A stretch of 64,000 nt of DNA from Candidatus Gastranaerophilales bacterium (GTDB lineage: Bacteria; Cyanobacteriota; Vampirovibrionia; Gastranaerophilales; Gastranaerophilaceae): the NCBI GenBank assembly GCA_944324165.1, contig CALUVG010000001.1:2773-66772 (forward strand), written 5' to 3'. Positions 46,726 through 55,445 of the stretch are shown in pieces; position 1 is the stretch's first letter; each line of letters starts with the position of its first letter. Both the position numbers and the translations under genes were made by a program. The notes under the pieces are model-generated. The model had not been told where the DNA came from. It saw nothing but the letters and a program-made list of their open reading frames with translations, and ran no database searches.

Positions 46726-47043
46726 TTGGATAAGAATTTTGTAGGTAAACAACTTAAACAAATACGTATTCAAAGGGGGATCTCGCAGGAGAAATTATCA
46801 GAACTGGTGGACATTTCGCCCCGTCAGATGTGTGTCATAGAAAATGGTAATTCTATACCTTCACTTGATACATTTATCAAGATTGCGAAAAATTTACATT
46901 TCGACATAAATGAGTTTTTCGGAATTGAATATGAGCCTACAGAAAATATTAGAAATGAGATTATCGAAAAGATTAAAACAGTCGACAGAAAACAACTTAA
47001 CCTGCTAAATGATATAGTTGATGCAGTTGCCCGAAACGCCTGA
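46726..47043 (+). CDS. XRE/Cro-type HTH transcriptional regulator (cassette 3), with ~40-aa C-terminal extension
   Basis: TTG at 46726 preceded by AAGGGGA SD. The only in-frame ATG lies inside the HTH. VGKQLKQIRIQRGISQEKLSELVDISPRQMCVIENGNSIPSLDTFIKIAKNL. Confidence 0.7.
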   Translation: MDKNFVGKQLKQIRIQRGISQEKLSELVDISPRQMCVIENGNSIPSLDTFIKIAKNLHFDINEFFGIEYEPTENIRNEIIEKIKTVDRKQLNLLNDIVDAVARNA

Positions 47044-47077
47044 AATATACGCATCTAAGTGAACAGTTGTTACCCAA

Positions 47078-47206
47078 AGGCACTAAGTTACTAAGGCACT
47101 AGCGGATTTGCGGACGGACGGAGTGAGCAGAGCAAGCGAGTCCGGATAGCGAACGGAACGAGCCGGCTTGTGCCTTAGTAACTTCCTACCTTCGTGTGGT
47201 CTTTTT
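47078..47206. other. GC-rich, GGA-rich intergenic island closed by a perfect 15-bp inverted repeat (candidate structured RNA or miniature repeat element)
   Basis: AAGTTACTAAGGCAC (47085..47099) pairs with GTGCCTTAGTAACTT (47170..47184). The 80 nt from 47095 to 47174 are 51/80 G+C by my count, in an otherwise AT-rich window. There are six GGA triplets, and a TTTTTT run at 47202..47207. Confidence 0.4.
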
Positions 47207-47261
47207 TCTGCTCCTGTCATATTTCTTTAATTTTTGTACACTTTAAATTTTTCATGTTAAC

Positions 47262-47855
47262 ATGATAATTATGAAGTGGAAAAATTTGAGCAGGAAAAAA
47301 AGAGCTTATATAGCGGCACTTGTTACAATTGTCGGTATCTTAATGTGGGCTTTTATATCCGCAGGTATTATTACCCACAATTTCAACCGCAGTCAGGTTG
47401 CCGGTGAGCAGGACAGAAAAGAAGCGCTTATCAACGGCATTATTCTGACTGAAACTAAAGATGAAATGAAATACTGGGAAATTTACGGCGAAACAGGTAC
47501 GTATGACAGTAACAACGAAGTTGCAATGCTAACTAATGTTCTTGGAAACTTCTATAAAGATAATGAAGTTTCAATGAGTTTTCAGTCAACAAACGGCACT
47601 TATAATTCAGTAAAAAAACAGATTACTCTGTATGATGATACATTTATAGTTATCAAAGACGGTACAACGCTTGAAGCTGACAGGCTTGTCTGGTCTGGCA
47701 ACGACAAACCTATTGTCGCTACAGGTAAAGTGCGTATAACCCGCGATAACAATCTCTTAACTCTGGCTGATAAGGTAGAAATCAGTCCGGATTATACTCA
47801 TTTTAAAGTTACAGGAAACACTGTTTCCAAACTCTACCAGGCTAAGGAGAAATAA
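47262..47855 (+). CDS. LptC-like LPS export protein (N-terminal anchor plus OstA-like fold)
   Basis: TM anchor AYIAALVTIVGILMWAFI. Beta-rich domain with LEADRLVWSGNDKPIVATGKVRI. Directly precedes the LptA-like gene (start and stop codons overlap by 1 nt). Confidence 0.65.
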   Translation: MIIMKWKNLSRKKRAYIAALVTIVGILMWAFISAGIITHNFNRSQVAGEQDRKEALINGIILTETKDEMKYWEIYGETGTYDSNNEVAMLTNVLGNFYKDNEVSMSFQSTNGTYNSVKKQITLYDDTFIVIKDGTTLEADRLVWSGNDKPIVATGKVRITRDNNLLTLADKVEISPDYTHFKVTGNTVSKLYQAKEK

Positions 47856-48847
47856 TGAAAAAGATACTTACTGCCATATTAATTGCTGCATTTACATTAG
47901 GCATAGGTGTTTATGCCTCAGATCTCGTTATTGAATCTAAAACACAGACTTTCAATGAAGGCGAAAATAAAATAAAATTTGACGGCGATGTAAAAGTAAC
48001 AATTGATGATATGAAAGTTGTCGGTGATTCTGCTGATGTTAATGTAAATGGCGAACAGCAGCTTGATACGGCTACTTTTTACGACAAACCTTATGCTTAT
48101 GAGGTTAAGAAGAATAAAAAACGTGAAGTTAAAGCAAATATATTAAAAGTATCCTTAATAACAAAAGTAGTAAGAGCAGAAGGTGACACGCAGTCTATTA
48201 TTTTTGACGGCAAAACACCGGTTGCGGTTATAAATGCCGATGTTCAGGAATATGACACTAAAACAGGTATTATGACAGCAACAGGCGCAGTTACTATTCA
48301 TTACAAAGATCTGGAAACATTCTCCAATATGGCTAAAGTTAAAAGTGATAAAAATGGCGATATGAAAAATATTGAGCTTATCGGAGCTGCCAGAATTAAA
48401 GAAAAAGGCAACGAATCTTATGCTGACAGATTTTTCTATGATTCTGCAACAGATGTCCTGACCGCTCACGGTAACACTACTTCAAAATCTATTAACGATG
48501 ACGGCAGTACTTTTATTTTAAAAGCTAACTATCAGGAATATACAAAAGCTAAAAATATATTTAATGCCAGCGGTAATGTAAGAGTATGGTATCAGGATTA
48601 TTATGCAGTAGGTCCGAAAGTTACCGTATACCCTTCCAAAACTACAGGCAAACCTAATGATATTTATATGAACGGACGTTCAAGTATTACACAGGGAGTC
48701 AGAACGATTTACGCGGACAGAATAAGAATGACGGTTGATCCAAAAGATTTTCAGGCTGAAGGCAATACTAGAACTGTTATTAAAAATATAGGCTCCGGCA
48801 ACAATTCAAACGGCAGCGAAGATTCCGGCATGGGCTTAGGATTATAA
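47855..48847 (+). CDS. LptA/OstA-like periplasmic protein (double OstA-type beta-jellyroll)
   Basis: Signal peptide. Repeated pattern of ..A D ....YD......A.GNV... strands (GDSADVNVNG, ATGAVTIHY, AHGNTTS, ASGNVRVWY, AEGNTRT). Confidence 0.6.
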   Translation: MKKILTAILIAAFTLGIGVYASDLVIESKTQTFNEGENKIKFDGDVKVTIDDMKVVGDSADVNVNGEQQLDTATFYDKPYAYEVKKNKKREVKANILKVSLITKVVRAEGDTQSIIFDGKTPVAVINADVQEYDTKTGIMTATGAVTIHYKDLETFSNMAKVKSDKNGDMKNIELIGAARIKEKGNESYADRFFYDSATDVLTAHGNTTSKSINDDGSTFILKANYQEYTKAKNIFNASGNVRVWYQDYYAVGPKVTVYPSKTTGKPNDIYMNGRSSITQGVRTIYADRIRMTVDPKDFQAEGNTRTVIKNIGSGNNSNGSEDSGMGLGL

Positions 48848-48861
48848 TAAGGATAAAATAA

Positions 48862-49644
48862 ATGAGTAGTAAGGCTGAAAAAGCTATCGAGGCTTATAAT
48901 AAAAAAGATTATCAGAAGGCAATAGATTTATTCAGTTCAGTTCTTGAAACAGGCGAGCCAAGTGCTGAATTATACAATAATATAGCACTTTGTTATTCTA
49001 ATACCGGTGATGTGGACAAGGCTGAAAAAAACTTTTTGAAAGCACAGGAACTTAATCCGAAACTGCCGCAAATATATATTAATTTAGCTGATATATATTA
49101 CAAAAAGAAAGAATACATGAATGGAATTGAATTGCTCTCACAAGGAATATATGAAATTCCGGATAATCTTGTACTGCGGCATTATCTTGCAAGATTTTAT
49201 ATGGAAGATGCACGTCTTGATTTAGCAATTGATGAATTATACAAAATACTGGATGAACAGCCAGAAAATTTCGATGCATATTACGACCTTGCACGCGTAA
49301 ACTTTGAACTCGGTAATTATGATGTTGCAATTGAAAATTTCGAAAATGTACTGGAATATAAAGATAATAATGAGTGGGTTTATTATTATCTGGCACAGGC
49401 TTATGAGGCTAACAACGAGATAGACAAAGCTATTTCAAATTATCTTAAAGCTATTGCCGTAAATTCTAACTTTATTCCTGCATATAAAAAGGTAGGGATT
49501 TTATTTCTTGCACGCGGCGATTACGAGGACGCGCTGGAATATTTTGAGGATTATCTGGGAATGGATATTCCGAAGGAAGAAGCCGCTCAGATTAAAGAAC
49601 TGATAAACAGAATTAAGAAAAAACAAGAACATGAACAACTCTAA
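48862..49644 (+). CDS. TPR-repeat protein
   Basis: About six 34-aa repeats of the A..Y...G....A...F..AL..NP type. Confidence 0.8.
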   Translation: MSSKAEKAIEAYNKKDYQKAIDLFSSVLETGEPSAELYNNIALCYSNTGDVDKAEKNFLKAQELNPKLPQIYINLADIYYKKKEYMNGIELLSQGIYEIPDNLVLRHYLARFYMEDARLDLAIDELYKILDEQPENFDAYYDLARVNFELGNYDVAIENFENVLEYKDNNEWVYYYLAQAYEANNEIDKAISNYLKAIAVNSNFIPAYKKVGILFLARGDYEDALEYFEDYLGMDIPKEEAAQIKELINRIKKKQEHEQL

Positions 49645-50722
49645 ATACTGGATTGCTTTTTCGTCAATAGAACAGATTGACAGCAATTTTATTCAACGTT
49701 TATACAACTATTTTGGCGATATAAAAACAGCTTTTGAGGCAAGCACAAAGGAACTTTCGCAAATCGAGGGGTTGAGTGTAAAAAAGGCTGAAAATTTTGT
49801 CAAACACAGAGATAAAGTAAATCCGGATAAAGCCATAGCACTAGTTGCTGAACGCGGGATTAGCTTTTATACATTTGAAGATGAAAAATATCCTCAAATG
49901 CTGCATAATATAGATAATCCGCCGGCGGTATTATATTACAAGGGTGATTTGGAAAGCTGTAATTTGCACAGAACGCTTGCGGTTGTAGGCTCAAGAAGAG
50001 CATCCAGTTATGCTAAAGACGCTCTTAGCAAAATTCTTTCAGAACTTGCAAATACTGATATCTGCATTGTATCGGGACTAGCCTCAGGTATTGACACAAC
50101 TGCCCATATAACCGCTCTTAACGCTAATCTTAAAACTATTGGTGTCATTGCAAGCGGCTTTGATTTTACCTACCCTGCTGCAAATAAGCAGCTTTATGAA
50201 AGAATAGAAAACGGTAATGGAGCGGTTGTAAGCGAATACTACCCGACATTTGAACCTATAAAATTCAGATTTCCACAGCGTAACAGAATTGTATCAGGTC
50301 TTTCCTACGGAACTCTGGTTGCTGAAGCATCCTTAAAAAGCGGAGCTTTAATTACTGCTAATTTAACACTTGAACAAGGAAGAGAATTAATGTGTATTCC
50401 GGGGCTTATCACAAACCCGAATACTGAAGGAATTTATAAACTGTTAAAAAACGGAGCAACCCTCGTTACATGTGCCGAGGATATTTTAAATGCCCTAAAT
50501 TGGGAAGTCAAACCGGCTGAACAACAAAAATTGTTTGCTACTGAACTTGAATCAGATGAGGAGAAAATATTCAAAGCTCTTGAAATAGAAGAAAAAGGCT
50601 TTGATGAATTATTAACTATAACAAAATTAGATGTCGATACACTCCTAACTAACTTGACAATGATGGAGCTTAAAGGCATAATAAAACAAGTCGACGGGGA
50701 CAGATACAGAAAAATCAATTAA
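49631..50722 (+). CDS. dprA: DNA-processing protein DprA
   Basis: VVGSRRAS.YA, SGLASGIDTTAH, FPQRNRIVSGLS, C-terminal winged-helix part. Confidence 0.9.
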   Translation: MNNSKYWIAFSSIEQIDSNFIQRLYNYFGDIKTAFEASTKELSQIEGLSVKKAENFVKHRDKVNPDKAIALVAERGISFYTFEDEKYPQMLHNIDNPPAVLYYKGDLESCNLHRTLAVVGSRRASSYAKDALSKILSELANTDICIVSGLASGIDTTAHITALNANLKTIGVIASGFDFTYPAANKQLYERIENGNGAVVSEYYPTFEPIKFRFPQRNRIVSGLSYGTLVAEASLKSGALITANLTLEQGRELMCIPGLITNPNTEGIYKLLKNGATLVTCAEDILNALNWEVKPAEQQKLFATELESDEEKIFKALEIEEKGFDELLTITKLDVDTLLTNLTMMELKGIIKQVDGDRYRKIN

Positions 50723-50734
50723 TAAAGGTTACAT

Positions 50735-53056
50735 ATGGCAGAAGTAAAAGAGAAAGCAGCAAAGTCAAAAAAAACTGAAAAATCACTCGTAATAGTTGAG
50801 TCTCCTGCTAAATCCAAAACAATAAAAAAAATTCTGGGAGACGGTTATCAGATTGAGGCAAGTTTCGGGCATATTAGAAATTTGCCGACAAAGGATCCCA
50901 AAACAGATAACCTTGGATTTGATGTTGATAAAAATTTTGAACCTAAATTTGAAATTATTCCGGGTAAAAAAGAAGTTGTAAAAAAATTAAATACCCTTGC
51001 AAAAAAATTCGACAATATCTACATTGCATCCGACCCCGACCGCGAAGGTGAAGCAATTGCCTGGCATGTACGTCAGGTACTTGATGTCCCTGATGAAAAA
51101 ATTAAACGTATAGAGTTTAATGAAATCACACCGAAAGCGGTTAAGTATTCAGTTGAACACCCGCGAATGATAAATATGGACATGGTTCAGGCGCAGCAAA
51201 CCAGACAAATTCTCGATAAACTGGTTGGTTATAAACTTTCTCCTGTGTTGTGGAAACAGATGGGGAATTATAACCTTTCAGCCGGACGCGTTCAATCAGT
51301 TGCACTACGTATGATTTGCGAACGAGAGGATGAAATAGAAGCTTTTGTGCCGCAGGAATACTGGTCTATTCACGCTGATCTTGCTAAGGACGGCAAAGTC
51401 TTTGAAGCAGAAGTCGCTAAATATAAAAATGAACCTATAGAAAAAAATATTAAAAATCAGGAAGAAGCACAAAAAATTGTAGACTATTTGACAGGGGCAG
51501 ATTTTAATGTTTCTAAGGTCACAAATAAAGCTACAAAACGTAAACCAACCGCTCCTTTTATAACTTCAACCCTTCAGCGTGCTGCCAGCTCTAAACTTGG
51601 ATTTGGCGTTCAAAAAACAATGCAGGTTGCACAAAAATTATACGAAGGTATTGAATTAGACTCCGGGGCTGTCGGTTTAATTACTTATATGAGAACTGAC
51701 AGTGTACGTGTTTCTGATGATGCAATGGCTATGGCTAAAGATTTTATTCTGACCAACTATGGTGAAAAGTATTATCCTGAAACACCTAATATTTATGCTA
51801 AAGGTAAACAAAATGTTCAGGATGCACACGAAGCCATTCGCCCTTCTTATCCAGAAAGAACTCCGGAAAGTATTAAAAAATATTTGGATAATGACCAATA
51901 TAAATTATATAAATTAATCTGGGAAAAATTTATGTCATCCCAGATGTCAAATGCTGAATTTGCAAACAAATCAATAGAAATTCAAGCCGGAGACTATACT
52001 CTGAAAGCCGGAACAAGCAAAGTAACTTTTGACGGTTTTTTAAAATTATATAATGACAGCGAAGAGGACAAAGAAAAAGTTGAGGATTCAAAGATACCGG
52101 ATCTTGAAAAGGGCGATAAAGTTGACTGTCAAAAAATAACTCCGAAACAACATTTCACCCAGCCGCCGCCACGGTACAACGAAGCATCACTTGTTAAAGC
52201 ACTTGAAGAATACGGCATAGGACGACCTTCAACCTATGCTACGATTATTACGGTTATACAGACAAGAAAGTATGTAGAAAAACGTGACAAGGCTCTGCAT
52301 CCGACAATTCTCGGACGCACGGTTTCAAAACAATTAGTAACCCAGTTTTCTGATATTATGGACTACAAATTTACAGCCGGCATGGAAGAAAAACTGGATA
52401 AAATTGCTGAAAAAAAAGCTGTCTGGAATAAAGTACTAAAAGATTTTTATGATCCATTTATGGCTGAAGTAAACTCTGTAATGAAAACAGCTCATAAGAT
52501 AAATATAGAAACAAATATAAAATGTCCGAATTGCGGTAGGACAATGATTGTCAGAACAAGCAAATTCGGTACTCAATTCCTTGGCTGCTCCGGTTATCCT
52601 GAGTGCAAAACAGTTATGTCAATGAATGTTTTATCCGAACAGCAGGAAGATGGCACAACCGCTGATAAGCCACAGGAAATTTGTGAAGAGAAGTGTGAAA
52701 AATGCGGTTCAGATATGGTATTCAAAACCGGTCCATACGGGAAATATATGGAATGTACAAACGAAAATTGTAAACACCGCAAACCTTATCGCAAATCTAC
52801 AGGCGTAAAATGCCCGAAATGCGGTCAGGGAGAAATAGTTGAACGAAAATCAAAACGCGGTACCGTATTTTATGGTTGCAACAGATATCCGGATTGTGAT
52901 TTTACTCTTTGGAATGAACCGACGGGTGAAGAATGTCCGGATTGCGGTGCGCTGCTTGTAAAAAAACAGCTTAAAAAAGGAACTGTTATAGAATGTTCAA
53001 ACAGAAACTGCGGATATAAGCGTACTGAAGAAACTTCAGAAACTCCGCAAGAATAG
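50735..53056 (+). CDS. topA: DNA topoisomerase I with four C-terminal zinc ribbons
   Basis: Toprim LVIVESPAKSKTIKK, DPDREGEAIAWH, active-site region ITYMRTDS, RPSTYA, and four CxxC...CxxxxC modules. Confidence 0.95.
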   Translation: MAEVKEKAAKSKKTEKSLVIVESPAKSKTIKKILGDGYQIEASFGHIRNLPTKDPKTDNLGFDVDKNFEPKFEIIPGKKEVVKKLNTLAKKFDNIYIASDPDREGEAIAWHVRQVLDVPDEKIKRIEFNEITPKAVKYSVEHPRMINMDMVQAQQTRQILDKLVGYKLSPVLWKQMGNYNLSAGRVQSVALRMICEREDEIEAFVPQEYWSIHADLAKDGKVFEAEVAKYKNEPIEKNIKNQEEAQKIVDYLTGADFNVSKVTNKATKRKPTAPFITSTLQRAASSKLGFGVQKTMQVAQKLYEGIELDSGAVGLITYMRTDSVRVSDDAMAMAKDFILTNYGEKYYPETPNIYAKGKQNVQDAHEAIRPSYPERTPESIKKYLDNDQYKLYKLIWEKFMSSQMSNAEFANKSIEIQAGDYTLKAGTSKVTFDGFLKLYNDSEEDKEKVEDSKIPDLEKGDKVDCQKITPKQHFTQPPPRYNEASLVKALEEYGIGRPSTYATIITVIQTRKYVEKRDKALHPTILGRTVSKQLVTQFSDIMDYKFTAGMEEKLDKIAEKKAVWNKVLKDFYDPFMAEVNSVMKTAHKINIETNIKCPNCGRTMIVRTSKFGTQFLGCSGYPECKTVMSMNVLSEQQEDGTTADKPQEICEEKCEKCGSDMVFKTGPYGKYMECTNENCKHRKPYRKSTGVKCPKCGQGEIVERKSKRGTVFYGCNRYPDCDFTLWNEPTGEECPDCGALLVKKQLKKGTVIECSNRNCGYKRTEETSETPQE

Positions 53057-53064
53057 GAGGTATT

Positions 53065-53904
53065 ATGTATAAATTTGGTTTGATAGGGTATCCTTTAGGG
53101 CATTCACTGTCAGCGGTTATTCATAAAGCCGGCTTTGAAAGTATCGGCGTGCAGGCAACATATGAAATTTTAGAAACGCCTCCGGAAGATTTGGTTACAC
53201 GCATAAAAATGCTTAAACGTGAAAATTATACAGGGTTTAACGTGACAATTCCTTTAAAATTGCCGGTAGCACTTTTTGTTGATGAAGTAGATAAACGAGC
53301 AGATATAGCCGGAGCAATTAATACAGTTACAATTAATCCGGATAAAACAATGAAAGGTCACAATACAGATGTAGCCGGATTTAAAAAAGCTATTCCTTAT
53401 GGAATTGACTTAAAAGGTAAAAAGGTTGGTATATTAGGAACAGGCGGAGCCAGCCGCGCTGCAACGGTTGCATTGACAGAATGCGGGGTTAAACATATAG
53501 CATATTACACAAGGAATATCCCTAATTCTCTTGAGTTTTTGAATTATGTACGCAGAACATTTCCGAATGTAGAATTCTCAACACATCAAATTGATGCAAT
53601 AAGAGATTTGTCAGAACTTTCAATGCTTGTTAATGCAACACCTATCGGAATGCTCGGGCGTTCAGCGGACATGACGCCGGTTGAGATGCCTGCTTTAAAA
53701 ACATTACCAAAAGACGCAGTTGTATATGATATTATTTACAATCCTAAAAAAACAATTCTGTTAAAAGATGCAGAAAGTCTAGGACTTCAGACAATCAATG
53801 GGCTTGATATGCTGGTATATCAGGCTGTAAGTGCTCAGGAAATATGGCTTAACCAAACACCTGACTTCAATGTTATGAAACTTGCAGCACTTGAAAATTT
53901 GTAA
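53065..53904 (+). CDS. aroE: Shikimate dehydrogenase
   Basis: FGLIGYPLGHSLSAVIH, GFNVTIPLK, NTDVAGF, LGTGGASRA. Confidence 0.9.
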   Translation: MYKFGLIGYPLGHSLSAVIHKAGFESIGVQATYEILETPPEDLVTRIKMLKRENYTGFNVTIPLKLPVALFVDEVDKRADIAGAINTVTINPDKTMKGHNTDVAGFKKAIPYGIDLKGKKVGILGTGGASRAATVALTECGVKHIAYYTRNIPNSLEFLNYVRRTFPNVEFSTHQIDAIRDLSELSMLVNATPIGMLGRSADMTPVEMPALKTLPKDAVVYDIIYNPKKTILLKDAESLGLQTINGLDMLVYQAVSAQEIWLNQTPDFNVMKLAALENL

Positions 53905-53959
53905 GCTTTCTTTAATCCATTGTAATAGGAATTTTTTAAAGATTTTTATAAATTTTCAG

Positions 53960-55357
53960 CTATAATTTTCGGGTTGGTTTATGTGCAACAAAAGCAAATG
54001 TCAGGCACACAAGACCAAATAATATGCCAAAAGTCATTGTTGTGCGGTAAGAATTCAAAAATGCATTTTCATATATTAGTCCTTTTGCGAGAAATATATT
54101 TTTAAAGCATTCAAACAATGTTATTGTTACCGCAACCCCTAAAATATTTCCCATATTTCTGGATAATGCAAGAATTCCGCTTGCAACTCCCAATTCTGAT
54201 TTATTCACACTTGTCATAATAGCAGTATTAGAGGGAGACTGAAATAATCCGTTTCCTATCCCCATAATACCTGATGCTAAAACAATCTGCCACATTGCAG
54301 CGTCTTTTCCATACAGAGTAAACATTAATAAAGCGGCAGAAAAAACAATAGGTCCTGCAAGAGTTAAATAGCGGCTTCCGTATTTACCTGCAAGATTACC
54401 GCAAATCGGGGCTGTCACAGACAGAGTGAGTGAATAAGGTAAAATCAAAAGTCCTGTTACAAATGGATTATATTTCAAAATTTCCTGCAAAAAGAATGGC
54501 AGCAATACACTGTTTGTGTACATTGCCATATATGACGTCATTACTGCAAGGCTGCCAAATGTAAATGTCCTTATTTTAAATATTTCAAAATTAATAAGAG
54601 GATAGTTAATTCTGTGGTCTCTAATATAAAATAGTGCTCCAAAAATCAAAGTAAGCACACCTAATACAATTATTTTTAAAGATGTCCAGCCCCAGGTATG
54701 CCCTTCAGATATAGCAAGCAGCAATGCAAATAGAGCAACACTAAAATAAAGAAATCCTTTATAATCAAATTTAAAAATTTTATCATGTGCTGTAACATGC
54801 GAAGGCAGCATTTTCCAAGAATAGTAAGCTCCGGCAAGTGCAATAGGAATGCAAGGGACAAAAATAGCATGCCAGCCGAAATAATTAATTAAAATCCCCC
54901 CCAATGCAGGTCCGCTCATTCCGCCAACAGCTATAATTCCGCCGTTAATACCCAATGCTTTTCCGCGTCTTTCATTTTTGAATATAGTTGCAATAATTGC
55001 CTGCGCATTGGAAAGCATTATAGATGCCCCAAGTGCTTCTATACATCTGTAGGTAATCAACAAGCCAAAACTTGTTGCTGTTGTATTTAAAAATGACCCA
55101 AGGGCAAATACCAAAAATCCTACAGCATAAAGCTTATTTTTAGGAAAAATATCACCCAATTTTCCGAAAAATGGCAAAAACACTGTTAATACCAGCATAT
55201 AAGCTATTACAACCCACTGGATCATGGATATATTTACATGCAAATCCTGAGACATTGGATACAACGCCAGATTAACGGTTGTGCCATCCAGCATCGCAAT
55301 AAAATTGCCGATAACCGTGATTATAAATATAGTCCATTTAATCTCTTTTGTGCTCAT
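53960..55357 (-). CDS. MFS transporter, DHA2 (EmrB/QacA-like, 14 TMS)
   Basis: LDGTTVNLALYPM, FGKLGDIFPKNKLY, and about 14 hydrophobic segments. Confidence 0.85.
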   Translation of the reverse strand: MSTKEIKWTIFIITVIGNFIAMLDGTTVNLALYPMSQDLHVNISMIQWVVIAYMLVLTVFLPFFGKLGDIFPKNKLYAVGFLVFALGSFLNTTATSFGLLITYRCIEALGASIMLSNAQAIIATIFKNERRGKALGINGGIIAVGGMSGPALGGILINYFGWHAIFVPCIPIALAGAYYSWKMLPSHVTAHDKIFKFDYKGFLYFSVALFALLLAISEGHTWGWTSLKIIVLGVLTLIFGALFYIRDHRINYPLINFEIFKIRTFTFGSLAVMTSYMAMYTNSVLLPFFLQEILKYNPFVTGLLILPYSLTLSVTAPICGNLAGKYGSRYLTLAGPIVFSAALLMFTLYGKDAAMWQIVLASGIMGIGNGLFQSPSNTAIMTSVNKSELGVASGILALSRNMGNILGVAVTITLFECFKNIFLAKGLIYENAFLNSYRTTMTFGILFGLVCLTFAFVAHKPTRKL

Positions 55358-55445
55358 AAATTAATTGTAACATGGACACTTAAAAATGGTCTGCATTTTT
55401 ATTTTTTTGTTAAATAACTAATTATTTTCATGCTAAAATAATTAT

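Noticed and set aside
47078-47206. Identification of the GC-rich island as SRP (4.5S) RNA, RNase P RNA, a tRNA or a known riboswitch
   Set aside because: GAGUCCGGAU and GAGCCGGCUU superficially resemble the SRP domain IV and RNase P P4 strings. However, the GNRA tetraloop/AGCA symmetric loop geometry is absent, the element is far too short for RNase P, and no T-loop (GTTCGAATC-like) or riboswitch core consensus is present.
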